DNA of 64,000 nt from the NCBI GenBank assembly GCA_964423505.1, contig CAYREX010000006.1, positions 930-64,929 on the forward strand, written 5' to 3'. Of this stretch, positions 15,532-24,973 are shown piece after piece. Position numbers and translations under genes: made by a program. Under the pieces are notes generated by a model that saw only the letters and a program-made list of their open reading frames with translations, did no database searches and was not told where the DNA came from. This stretch comes from an uncultured bacterium (lineage in GTDB: Bacteria; Fermentibacterota; Fermentibacteria; Fermentibacterales; JCC-6). Numbering within the stretch: position 1 is the stretch's first letter; the number at the start of each line of letters is the position of its first letter.

Positions 15532-16923
15532 TCATAGCTCCAGCACGTCCCCCCTGTCCGGGACGAAGGGCCGCCTGCCCAGCCTCTCCTCTATCCTGCC
15601 GGCCAGGGTCTCCTGCTGCTCCGGCTCGCCGTGGACCAGCACGATGGCCTCGGCGTCGCCTCCAACCGTGGCGGCGTACTCCACCAGCTCGTCCGAGTCG
15701 GCGTGGGAGGAGAAGCCGTCGACCGTCTCCACGTCGCATTCGACGGTGTACTCCTCACCGTAGATGCGAACCTCCCTCTCGCCGTCGCGGAGCCTCCTGC
15801 CCAGGGTGTGCCTGGCCATGAAGCCGACTATCAGGACGGTGTTGTCCGGGTTGCCGACGTTGTTCTTCAGGTGGTGCAGTATTCGTCCGTTCTCGCACAT
15901 GCCAGAGGCGGAGATAATGACCATGGGCTCGTGCATGCCGTTGAGCGACTTGGACTCAGGGACGCTCTGGACGAAGTGGAGCCCGTCGAACTGGAAGGGT
16001 CCGTTGCCCGAGTGAAGGAGGTCCCGGGTCTCGGAGTCGTAGCATGTCGGGTGCAGCTTGTAGACCTCGGTGGCGTCGAAGGAGAGCGGCGAGTCGACGA
16101 AGACCGGCACGTGGGGGATGGTGCCGTCCACCAGGAGGCTGTTGATGTAGAAGAGGACCTCCTGCGTCCGGTCGACGCTGAAGGAGGGGATTATGACCTT
16201 CCCGCCCCGCTTGAACGTCCTGTCCAGCACCTGACCGAAGAGGCCGAGCGCCTCCCCCTCCGGCTCGTGGTTCCGGCCGCCGTAGGTGCTCTCCATTATG
16301 AGCACGTCCGCCCTTGCGGAGAGGTCAGGGTCCCTCAGGATGGGCCTCTCGCTCCTGCCGAGGTCGCCGGTGAAGACCACGGTCCGGTCCCTCCCGCGCT
16401 CCCTCACGGTGAGCTCCACCTGGGCGGAGCCGAGGATGTGCCCGGCGTCAAGGAAGCGGAGGGAGGCGCCTCCGTCTATCTCGATGCTCCTGCCGTAGGG
16501 GATGGACATGAACCGCTCCATGGTCTCGGTCACGTCCTCCTTGTCGTAGAGAGGGACCAGCGGCTCGAGGCCGTCACGCTCCCGCTTCCTGTTGACGTAC
16601 TCGATGTCGCTCTGCTGTATGTGAGCGCTGTCCGGCAGCATGACGGCGGCCAGGTCCATGGTGGCGGCGGTGCTGACTATCATGCCGTCGTACCCCCGCT
16701 TGACCAGCGTGGGCAGGTTGCCGGAGTGGTCGATGTGCGCGTGGGAGAGCACGACGGAGTCGACCGACCCGGGCGGCACGGGCATCTGCCTGTTGAGCCT
16801 GTCGCATTCCTTCCTGTGCCCCTGGAAGAGGCCGCAGTCGAGCATTATGCGCCCGTTCCCGGTGTCGACCACGTGCCTGGAGCCGGTGACCTCGCCGGCA
16901 GCCCCGTAGAAGCCTATCCTCAT
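15532..16923 (-). CDS. MBL-fold beta-CASP family RNA-metabolising hydrolase
   Basis: Metallo-beta-lactamase motif LSHAHIDHSGNLP near the N-terminus followed by a beta-CASP region. Start at MRIGFYGAAGEVTGS. Confidence 0.75.
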   Translation of the reverse strand: MRIGFYGAAGEVTGSRHVVDTGNGRIMLDCGLFQGHRKECDRLNRQMPVPPGSVDSVVLSHAHIDHSGNLPTLVKRGYDGMIVSTAATMDLAAVMLPDSAHIQQSDIEYVNRKRERDGLEPLVPLYDKEDVTETMERFMSIPYGRSIEIDGGASLRFLDAGHILGSAQVELTVRERGRDRTVVFTGDLGRSERPILRDPDLSARADVLIMESTYGGRNHEPEGEALGLFGQVLDRTFKRGGKVIIPSFSVDRTQEVLFYINSLLVDGTIPHVPVFVDSPLSFDATEVYKLHPTCYDSETRDLLHSGNGPFQFDGLHFVQSVPESKSLNGMHEPMVIISASGMCENGRILHHLKNNVGNPDNTVLIVGFMARHTLGRRLRDGEREVRIYGEEYTVECDVETVDGFSSHADSDELVEYAATVGGDAEAIVLVHGEPEQQETLAGRIEERLGRRPFVPDRGDVLEL

Positions 16924-17087
16924 CGCGAATCCTTCCTGCTCGGTGCAGGGCCGAACATGATTCCGCAGGTCCCCGGCTGCAAGCCGGGAACCACCTGGGC
17001 GTTGTGGACTTTCCCCTCCTGTACATATAGATTCGTTTCGTTGCAGTAGCATACACGTTACATGATGATGCGGATGAGGAGGATCCG

Positions 17088-18818
17088 ATGAGACTTGCTG
17101 CGGTATTGGCTCTCGCCGTTCTCGCCATGGCGGCGGCGGACACCGTCCTGTCGAGGGTGAACGACGCCCTCGAGGCCGGTGAGATAACGACCGACCAGGC
17201 TGTCCGCTACCTGTGGGACAGCATCCACGACAGGAGCTCGCTTCCCGCCGACCTCGCCGAGGGTGCGGTGGAGGTACCCTGCGGCACTGCCACCATGGAC
17301 AGGATATCCGTCCTCCTCGACGACTGCACCGTTCCGGTCCGCGAGGAGATGCTGGACATCCTCTCCAGGCCTGACGTCGGCGACCCGGAGTACACCTACG
17401 ACACCCCCGACGGCAACTTCAAGATCCACTGGACCGACACCGGCATCAACGCCACCACCCAGAACTGGGTGGAGACCATAGGCGAGGGCATGGAGTACGC
17501 CTGGGAGCAGGAGTGCAACGTCCTCGACTGGGACGAGCCGCCCTCGGACCTGGGCCTCGGCGGCGACGAGAGGCTCGACGTCTACATCCTGCACCTCGAG
17601 GGGGGGGTCATCGGATGGTGCTCCAACGCGGGCAACCCGCCCGACCCGAGCACCCCCGAGAACGACTACGCCAGCCACATAGCCATGAGCAACAGCGAGA
17701 GCTGGGGCACCCTCCAGATACAGTCCACCTGCGCGCATGAGTTCAAGCACGCCATCCAGAACGGCTACGAGGCCGCCGAGCCTAGCTGGTTCAAGGAGAA
17801 CTGCGCCACCTGGATGGAGTACATGGTCGGATACCCCACGTACGCCTCCTACCTCCACGGCGGCGACAACTGTCTCCGCAGGCCCTGGTACGACATCAGG
17901 ACCATGGACGAGGGCCTCTACGAGTACGGCGCTACCCCCTGGCCCATGTACATGGCCGAGAGGTGCTCCGGGAACGAGACAGTCAGGCTCGTCTGGGAGG
18001 AGGCCGCCTCGGTGGTCGGCGCCGATATAATGGCGGCGATAGACAGGGCCGCCCAGGCGGAGGGCATGAGCTTCATGGAGTGGCTCGCAGAGTACGCCGC
18101 CTGGAGGTGGTTCACCGGCAACAACGCCAGCGACAACTACTACCCGATAGGGGAGTGCTCCCTCTGGACTCCGGGTCCCTACACCTTCGCCTACCACACC
18201 TTCGACGCGGCCGACCTGCCGGTCAGCGGCGACGAGGGCGTCTACAGGCCGGAGACCTACGGCCACCACTGGATATGGGTTGACGTCAGCGGCTTCTCCG
18301 ACTGGATAACCTTCGACTTCGACGGCCGGGACAACTTCCCCTGGCACGTGGGGGTCATCTCCACCAACGCAGACCACACGACCACCCAGTTCCAGTGGCA
18401 CGAGGTGGACAACACCGGCGCCACCATATCGCTCGGCGCCGCGACCGAAGGGTGGGACGACGTGGTCTTCTACGTACAGCCCACCTACGAGACCACCCTC
18501 TACATGACCTACGACTTCACCATCGAGGCACAGACCGGCGTCGGGAGCGGCCCCGCCTTCGACATCGAGATGACGCCTGCCTCCAACCCGATTGCCAGCG
18601 GCCAGGCGATTGACGTCAGCATCCCCACCGCCGGCCGGACCACCCTGAACGTCTACGACATGAGCGGACGGATGGTGCAGAGCATCTACTCCGGCCAGCT
18701 CCCGGAGGGCGAGAGCAGCCTTGTCTGGGACGCCGGGAACCTCTCCTCGGGCACCTACTTCCTGATGCTGAGCGCGCCGGGCGGCGGGCTCACCAGCCAG
18801 GTCGTCCTCTCCAACTAG
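17088..18818 (+). CDS. Secreted HEXXH zinc metallopeptidase with T9SS-type C-terminal sorting domain, 576 aa
   Basis: Signal peptide, HEFKH zinc-binding motif, and a C-terminal ~70 aa LNVYDMSGRMVQSIYSGQLPEGESSLVWDAGNLSSGTYFLML...VVL resembling a T9SS/FlgD-Ig-like sorting domain. RBS gaggagg upstream. Confidence 0.65.
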   Translation: MRLAAVLALAVLAMAAADTVLSRVNDALEAGEITTDQAVRYLWDSIHDRSSLPADLAEGAVEVPCGTATMDRISVLLDDCTVPVREEMLDILSRPDVGDPEYTYDTPDGNFKIHWTDTGINATTQNWVETIGEGMEYAWEQECNVLDWDEPPSDLGLGGDERLDVYILHLEGGVIGWCSNAGNPPDPSTPENDYASHIAMSNSESWGTLQIQSTCAHEFKHAIQNGYEAAEPSWFKENCATWMEYMVGYPTYASYLHGGDNCLRRPWYDIRTMDEGLYEYGATPWPMYMAERCSGNETVRLVWEEAASVVGADIMAAIDRAAQAEGMSFMEWLAEYAAWRWFTGNNASDNYYPIGECSLWTPGPYTFAYHTFDAADLPVSGDEGVYRPETYGHHWIWVDVSGFSDWITFDFDGRDNFPWHVGVISTNADHTTTQFQWHEVDNTGATISLGAATEGWDDVVFYVQPTYETTLYMTYDFTIEAQTGVGSGPAFDIEMTPASNPIASGQAIDVSIPTAGRTTLNVYDMSGRMVQSIYSGQLPEGESSLVWDAGNLSSGTYFLMLSAPGGGLTSQVVLSN

Positions 18819-18888
18819 CCAGCCGATTCAAGAGGCGGGGCGGGCAGCCGCCCGTCCCGCCCTCCGACAAACGAAGAGGAAGGAGCCC

Positions 18889-20592
18889 ATGAAGGCTACC
18901 GTACTGCTTGCGGCGGCTCTGGCCCTGGCGACGGGTACCGTCGCGGCCGACACCTCCATGCAGCGGATAATGGACGCTCTGGAGGAGGGCAGGCTCGACG
19001 CCGAGTCGGCGTCGGAGCTGCTCGTGCTCAGCGTGACCGACCCCTCCGCCCTTCCCGGAGAGTACGTCGAGGGGACCGAGCCGGCCCCCAGCGGCACCCC
19101 GGCCATGCTCCAGGCCTACAGGCTCAACCCGGACATGAGGGCCAACAGGCCTAATCTCAGCGGTCCGGAGTACACCCTCACCTCCCCTGACGGACACTTC
19201 CTCGTCCACTGGACCGACCAGGGGGCCGACGCCACCAATCAGTCTTACGCCGAGGGCATAGCCGAGGCCGCCGACTACTCCTGGCAGGTCGAGTGCGACG
19301 AGATGGGCTTCTTCGAGCCGCCGCCCGACGCCGGGGTGGGAGGCAACGACCTCTACGACATCTACATCATGAACATAGGTCCGCTGGGATACACCAGCGG
19401 CGCCGGCGAGTTCCAGCCGCCGGACAGCACCCACGACTGCAGCGCCAGCCACATCGTCATGTGCAGGGGCCTCCAGACCGGGCAGCGCAACTGCACCGTC
19501 TCGCACGAGTTCGCCCATGCCATACAGATGTCCTACGACTACAACGAGCCCATCTGGTTCATGGAGAACTGCGCCGTCTGGGCGGAGGAGCAGGTCTACC
19601 CGGAGGTGAACGACTACGTCAACTACCTCCACGGCGGCGACAACCCGCTCCGCAAGCCCTGGTGGGACATAAGGGACAGCGGCGGCAGCCTCTACCACTA
19701 CGGTGGGGTGCTCTGGGCGATGTACATGTCGCAGAGGCTGGACGACACCGACGTCATCCGGCAGGTCTGGCAGTACTGCGCCGACACCAGGGGCATGAAC
19801 ATGATGGAGGCCCAGGAGGACATGTTCGCCGACCACGGCATGCTCTGGGAGGACGCCTTCATGGAGTACGGCCTTTGGCGCTGGTTCACGGCGGGCAACT
19901 GGTTCTCCGGCTGCGGCCTGTACTTCGACGAGGCGCCTCTCTGGACTCCCGGTCCCTACGTGTTCTCCTACCACCAGATAAGCTCCCTGCCCGCCACCGG
20001 CGACGAGGGAGTCTACTTTCCGGAGAGGTTCGGCATAGCCTGGATACAGGTCGATCTGACCGACTACCAGGACGGCTGGGTCAAAATGGACTTCGACGGC
20101 CGCGACTACTTCGAGTGGAACCTCGGGGCCATCATGTGGGACGAGGGAGAGGACTGGCAGTTCGCCTGGTACGACTGCGACGGGACCACCGGCGACAAGA
20201 CCGTCTCGGTCGACGCCTCCGGGTGGGACTACGTGGTCTTCTTCCCCGCCTTCATCTCCGAGTCCAGCCTCGACCACACATACGACTTCGAGATCACCTA
20301 CGAGAGCGGCGCCCCCGGCGGGGAGACCCCGCGGGACATATCCGTCGCTCCCGCCTCCAACCCGGCGCGTCCGGGGACCGAGCTGAGCTTCTCGGTGCCG
20401 GCCGCCTGCAGGGCGACCCTCCTCGTCTACGACGCATCCGGCAGGGTCGTCGACTCCCTCTTCGACGGCGAGGTGGCCGCCGGCAGCCACAGCGTGAGCT
20501 GGGAGGCCGAGGGGCTCTCCACCGGCTCCTACTTCCTCACCCTCCATGCCGGCAACGCCGCCACCGGGACAAGGGTGGTCCTCACCAGGTAG
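18889..20592 (+). CDS. Paralogous secreted HEXXH zinc metallopeptidase with T9SS-type C-terminal domain, 567 aa
   Basis: Collinear with the upstream protein (TSPDGHFLVHWTDQGADATNQSY..., HEFAH motif, same C-terminal domain). Confidence 0.65.
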   Translation: MKATVLLAAALALATGTVAADTSMQRIMDALEEGRLDAESASELLVLSVTDPSALPGEYVEGTEPAPSGTPAMLQAYRLNPDMRANRPNLSGPEYTLTSPDGHFLVHWTDQGADATNQSYAEGIAEAADYSWQVECDEMGFFEPPPDAGVGGNDLYDIYIMNIGPLGYTSGAGEFQPPDSTHDCSASHIVMCRGLQTGQRNCTVSHEFAHAIQMSYDYNEPIWFMENCAVWAEEQVYPEVNDYVNYLHGGDNPLRKPWWDIRDSGGSLYHYGGVLWAMYMSQRLDDTDVIRQVWQYCADTRGMNMMEAQEDMFADHGMLWEDAFMEYGLWRWFTAGNWFSGCGLYFDEAPLWTPGPYVFSYHQISSLPATGDEGVYFPERFGIAWIQVDLTDYQDGWVKMDFDGRDYFEWNLGAIMWDEGEDWQFAWYDCDGTTGDKTVSVDASGWDYVVFFPAFISESSLDHTYDFEITYESGAPGGETPRDISVAPASNPARPGTELSFSVPAACRATLLVYDASGRVVDSLFDGEVAAGSHSVSWEAEGLSTGSYFLTLHAGNAATGTRVVLTR

Positions 20593-20673
20593 GACCCGAG
20601 GAGCAGCGCAGCGCGATGAGGGGGGCCGCACCGGCCCCCCTCCCTCAGCATCCCGGGACTCGGCCGGCGGACC

Positions 20674-21831
20674 CTACATCTCGCGCACCCCTATGAGGTC
20701 GCCGTCCGGGCCGTACACCATCCTCCTGGAGGTGCAGCCGTGGACGGTGCTCACCGCGGGCGCGCCGTCCCCGTCCATGTAGCTCTCCACCTCCACCCTG
20801 CCCATGCCGTCGTACTGCAGGTCCATCGCGCTGCAGCCGTGCAGGGGGCTCTCCACCGGCTCGCCGTCAGGGTCGAACCAGGAGACCCGGACGGGGCTCC
20901 CCGAAGGGCCGAGGACCCGCCGGACCGAGCCGATGCCCTCCACGGTGGCCACCGGCTCCCCTTCACCGTCACGGTAGGTCTCCACCACAACCTCGCCCCC
21001 GGGGCCGTACTCCAGCAGGATCCGGTGAACGCCGAGGCCGGGGTGCAGCGCGGGGCTGCCGTCCGGCGCCTCGCAGGCGACGGAGACGGCCCTGCCCAGA
21101 GAGTCGAGGGTCCTTCTGAGGACGGCGTACCCGAGGGCCGGCGGCGCCACCGGCAGGCTGTCGGCGTCCAGGTAGGCAACGGTTACCGGGAGCTCGCCGT
21201 CGCCGTACTCCAGGACCACCCTGGCGTAGCCGGAGTCGGGGCTGGTGAGCGGCTCCCCCTCCGGGCCGCGCATGACCCTCTCCACCACCCGGCCCAGGCT
21301 GTCGGCCCGGATGAGCAGCGACCAGCAGCCGGCAGCCGGGCTGTAGACCGGCTCGCCGGCCGCGTCCAGGTAGCTCACGCTGGTGCCGCCCCCCCTCCTC
21401 TCCACCAGCATGGCGGCGCATCCGGTCACCTCCGAGGTCATCGGGCTGCCGGAGGCGTCCAGGCAGGTCTCCCTGACGGTCCTGCCCAGGGAGTCCAGCT
21501 CCAGTGCGACCCCGGCGCATCCGAACACCGAGCTGGTGCACGGCTCGTCCGACCCGCCGTAGAAATCCAGGGAGACCAGCCTCCCCTCCCCGTCGTAGCC
21601 GTAGTCGACCCTGACGCAGGCGCCCTCCGTATCCACCCTCCTGGCGGGGGGCGGGTCGTAGACCCTTCGGACGATGTTGCCGGAGCTGTCCCGGGTGAAC
21701 CTGATGTCGCCGGTCACGAAGCCCTCCGCAGGCGGGGCCGGCTCCCCCGGGCCGCCGCATGACAGCGCCAGGAGCGCCGGCGCGAGCGCGGCCAGCTGCC
21801 GAAGGTACGGAGCACTCCACCCGACCCGCAT
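20674..21831 (-). CDS. YD-repeat lipoprotein, 385 aa
   Basis: Lipobox LLALSCGG; repeated units with VRVDYGYDGEGRLVS-type YD motifs and D.LGR spacing. Confidence 0.5.
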   Translation of the reverse strand: MRVGWSAPYLRQLAALAPALLALSCGGPGEPAPPAEGFVTGDIRFTRDSSGNIVRRVYDPPPARRVDTEGACVRVDYGYDGEGRLVSLDFYGGSDEPCTSSVFGCAGVALELDSLGRTVRETCLDASGSPMTSEVTGCAAMLVERRGGGTSVSYLDAAGEPVYSPAAGCWSLLIRADSLGRVVERVMRGPEGEPLTSPDSGYARVVLEYGDGELPVTVAYLDADSLPVAPPALGYAVLRRTLDSLGRAVSVACEAPDGSPALHPGLGVHRILLEYGPGGEVVVETYRDGEGEPVATVEGIGSVRRVLGPSGSPVRVSWFDPDGEPVESPLHGCSAMDLQYDGMGRVEVESYMDGDGAPAVSTVHGCTSRRMVYGPDGDLIGVREM

Positions 21832-21989
21832 CCTCTCCTCCTCCCGTTACGTTGAGGTTGACCGGTCTCCAGGTGCCAACGATTGCGAGGAGCGGACCGC
21901 ACAGCAAGTCGGGATGCCGCCCGACGCGGCTGCAGGTATATTCAGGGCCGTCTGTCCAGGACAGTCGCGTCATCCGCGGAGGAGGAACC

Positions 21990-22802
21990 GTGACCAGAGC
22001 CAACCTGCGGCGGGTCATCCGCCTGCCGGCGGCAGCGCTGGTGCTCGTCATGCTGGGCTCCTGCGGCAGCGGGACGGAGGAGCCGACCATCACCCTGGAG
22101 GTTTCCCCATCCGCCGGCACGGTGCTGCTGGTCCTGACCGGACTGGAGCCCTCCCCCGCCCTCCCCTGGTCGCTCTCCGGCCTCGCACCCCGGCTCGCCG
22201 CGGGCATGCTGGCCCTCTCGAAGGATGGCCAGACCGACGTGGCGGCAGGGCTGGTCGAGTCCGCAGGGGAGGCGGGGCTGCTGCTGGCTCTGGTGGACAC
22301 GGAGCTGCCCGGCGGCATCGTCGGTGCGGGCGGCAGGGAGGACATGATCCTGGAGACCGGGCCCGACGGGTTGCCCCGGAGCACCCCGGACGTGCTGCAG
22401 GAGGAGGCCGGAGAGAGCTGGAGCACGGTGGCCGGAAGGCACGCCGCGCTGCGCGAGCTGATGCTGACCTACCGGCCGGACCTGATGGTCATTACCGATG
22501 ATACCGGGACCGGACGGGCGGCACGGACGGCCTGCAGCCTCTGGACACGGGGCACGCTGCTCGACTCGCTGAGCCTCGTGGTGCTGTCGCCCCCCTCGGG
22601 CAGGTACCGCGGCTGGGCGGTCCTCGGCGGTCCCGCGGTGACCGGGGGCAGACCGGTGGGGCTGACGACCGGAAGCCTGCTCACGACCGTTGAGCTGATG
22701 CTGGACCTGGAGTGGAGGGGGAGGCTGCCGGACCACCCGCCGGCGCTCTCCGTGCTCTCCCTCGGGACGGCCGGCTCCCTGGAGGGGGAGGGAGCGGAAT
22801 GA
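21990..22802 (+). CDS. Hypothetical lipoprotein (GTG start), ~270 aa
   Basis: RBS ggaggagga then GTG; lipobox LVLVMLGSCGSG. Stop overlaps the next gene start (ATGA). Confidence 0.4.
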   Translation: MTRANLRRVIRLPAAALVLVMLGSCGSGTEEPTITLEVSPSAGTVLLVLTGLEPSPALPWSLSGLAPRLAAGMLALSKDGQTDVAAGLVESAGEAGLLLALVDTELPGGIVGAGGREDMILETGPDGLPRSTPDVLQEEAGESWSTVAGRHAALRELMLTYRPDLMVITDDTGTGRAARTACSLWTRGTLLDSLSLVVLSPPSGRYRGWAVLGGPAVTGGRPVGLTTGSLLTTVELMLDLEWRGRLPDHPPALSVLSLGTAGSLEGEGAE

Positions 22803-24973
22803 GCCCGAGACGTTCCCTCTCGCGCCTGGTGGAGCGCGTAGCGGCCATCGAGGCCTCCGCCGGCTCCCTGCTGGCGCTCTTCGTGTTCACGGTGGTCCTG
22901 CGCAACCTCCTGGAGTCCGCCCAGGTCGGCACGGTCTTCCCGCCGGCGGCGTTCGCCTTCCACTTCCCCATAGCCTACGTCTTCCCGATGCTGGGGATCA
23001 CCGCGGTGATGCAGGCCATGTCCGGCTATCCTGCCGGGAAGCTCCTGAAGCTGATGGTCTTCGCATGGACCCTGACGCTCCTCCCCCCCGTGCTGGACGT
23101 CCTCATGGGGACCGATTCGGCCATCGGCTACTTCCCCCTCTCCCGCACCAACGTCGGCAGCTTCCTGCTCGGCTTCTTCGACCCGTCGGTGGAGCTGCCG
23201 GGCACTACGGCGGGCATAAGGATAGAGGCGGCGCTCGGATGCGTGCTGGCCGGCTTCTTCTCCTGGGCGGTGGCCCGGAGCAGGCCGGTGCTCCGGGGAG
23301 TGCTGACCACCCTTTTGCTGGCCCCTCTCTTCCTAGTCTTCTTCACCTGGCCCAACCTGGTCCACCTCGCCCTGGGCGGGCTATTCCCCCACACGGAGAC
23401 CGCGCAGGAGATGTACCAGTGGCACGCAGCCACGGCGCCGGACCTCACCGGCTCCTTCCACTACACCATCTTCATAGTGGACCTGCTGCCGGTCACCCTG
23501 CTCGTCGGCTGGTTCCTGCGCCGGATCCTGCCCCGGGAGACCGGGGAGGCGGCCCGCCGGCTCGCAGGGCGTCCCTGGGCGCTGCTGCTGCCGGTGGCGG
23601 GAGCCGCCGCAGCCCTCACCTCCATGGGTGGACACCTGACCTTTGCCGACGCTACGGACGTGGCCGGAGCGCTCCTCGCAGGTCTGCTCCTGGCCGTCGC
23701 CATGAGGTCGCGGGGGACTGTGGGGACCGTCGTACGCGTACTGGCGCTGGCGGCGGCGGCAGCGGTCGGGTGGCCCGTGCTGGTCCTGGCTGCGCTCGCC
23801 ATGGCCGCGATGGGCCTTCCCGGGCCGGCACAGCTCCGGGAGGGATTGACCGGGGTCCTTCTCCTGCTGGTTCCGGCGGCTACCGCCGGGCTCTCCTGGA
23901 GTCCTTCAGCCCTGCCGGCAGTCCTTCTGGCGGCGGCAGCACTGGCCCTGCCTCCGGCGACGCTCCGGGCAGCCTCCGCGGTGGCCGCCGTAGTCGTCTC
24001 TTTCCTGCTGCCCACCGGCGGGAGGACCGCCCGGGCCGAGCACTACGAAGGCCTGGTGGACGCCCTGAACCGGAACGGCATGCAGGACCTGGCGCTCCCG
24101 GCGGCCTCCAGGAGCGCCGCCGGTGGAGGCGGCATGCTCGATTTGGCCAGGGCGGAGCTGGAGTCCGGCTCCCTCCCCAGGGCCAGGTGGGCGTGGGAGG
24201 CGGCCACACGTGAGGGAGAGCTGAGCGGCGACGCGCTGAGGGCGGGCGTGAACCTCGCCTTCGTACAGGGGCGCACCGGGGCGATGGACAGCCTCGTTGC
24301 CCTGGGCGGGGACGAGCTGGCTGCGGAGAGCGGCCTTGCGGGGCTGCTGCTGGGCAGGGCGGCCCAGGCCGGCGACACCGCCACGGTTGGCCGGCTGCTC
24401 TCGGAGGTCGGCCCGGACCCGAGGCTGCTCCATGCATACTCGGTCGCCCTCTCCGAGCTGGGCGAGCTGCAGGAGGCCGCGGACTGGGCCGTTGCGGCCG
24501 CCTCCCACCCGGAAGCGGGACCGGCCCACCTGTCGTGGGCCATCGGCCTCGCGGGCGAGGCGGGGCTCGACCCGGACTCGGTCTACGCCGAGGGTGCGGA
24601 GAGGTTCCCGGGCTCCGTACAGCTCATGACCGCCAGGCTGATGGCTTCCGTGACCACCGGCGCGCCTGACAGGCCGGACCTCCTGGAGGCAGTCCTCGCC
24701 CTCGAGCCGGCCTCGCCCCGGGTACTCAGGGCCGGCGCGGCCTGGCTGCTCTCCGCGGGGATGCCGGACAGCGCCCTGGCGCTGGCGGAGAGGGCGGTGG
24801 CGAGTACGCCCGAGCCGGACCCGGCGCTCCTCCTGCTGCTGTGCGAGTCGGCCTCCGCCGCCGGCGACTCCGCCGCGCTCGAGTCGGCCACGAGGTACGC
24901 CGCCACCCTCTACCCCCGTCTGTTCGGCGGCGGGCAGGCCGGTGAGGGGGAGGCCGGGGGGAGCGGCGAATGA
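22799..24973 (+). CDS. Polytopic membrane protein with C-terminal TPR repeats (putative GT-C family glycosyltransferase)
   Basis: Many hydrophobic helices over the first ~430 aa, then TPR-like Ala/Leu-rich repeats. Translationally coupled to flanking genes. Confidence 0.45.
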   Translation: MSPRRSLSRLVERVAAIEASAGSLLALFVFTVVLRNLLESAQVGTVFPPAAFAFHFPIAYVFPMLGITAVMQAMSGYPAGKLLKLMVFAWTLTLLPPVLDVLMGTDSAIGYFPLSRTNVGSFLLGFFDPSVELPGTTAGIRIEAALGCVLAGFFSWAVARSRPVLRGVLTTLLLAPLFLVFFTWPNLVHLALGGLFPHTETAQEMYQWHAATAPDLTGSFHYTIFIVDLLPVTLLVGWFLRRILPRETGEAARRLAGRPWALLLPVAGAAAALTSMGGHLTFADATDVAGALLAGLLLAVAMRSRGTVGTVVRVLALAAAAAVGWPVLVLAALAMAAMGLPGPAQLREGLTGVLLLLVPAATAGLSWSPSALPAVLLAAAALALPPATLRAASAVAAVVVSFLLPTGGRTARAEHYEGLVDALNRNGMQDLALPAASRSAAGGGGMLDLARAELESGSLPRARWAWEAATREGELSGDALRAGVNLAFVQGRTGAMDSLVALGGDELAAESGLAGLLLGRAAQAGDTATVGRLLSEVGPDPRLLHAYSVALSELGELQEAADWAVAAASHPEAGPAHLSWAIGLAGEAGLDPDSVYAEGAERFPGSVQLMTARLMASVTTGAPDRPDLLEAVLALEPASPRVLRAGAAWLLSAGMPDSALALAERAVASTPEPDPALLLLLCESASAAGDSAALESATRYAATLYPRLFGGGQAGEGEAGGSGE

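Noticed and set aside
15631-20696. Long antisense or alternative-frame ORFs. Examples are 15631..17049 (+), 17058..18401 (-), 18790..20631 (-), 19293..20696 (+), 37268..39172 (+), 40935..42488 (+), and 49934..52654 (-).
   Set aside because: Each lies opposite or out of frame to a gene with clear family-level similarity (MBL hydrolase, metallopeptidases, gpmI/purM, argS, C25 peptidase). The translations are low-complexity G/A/R/P-rich.
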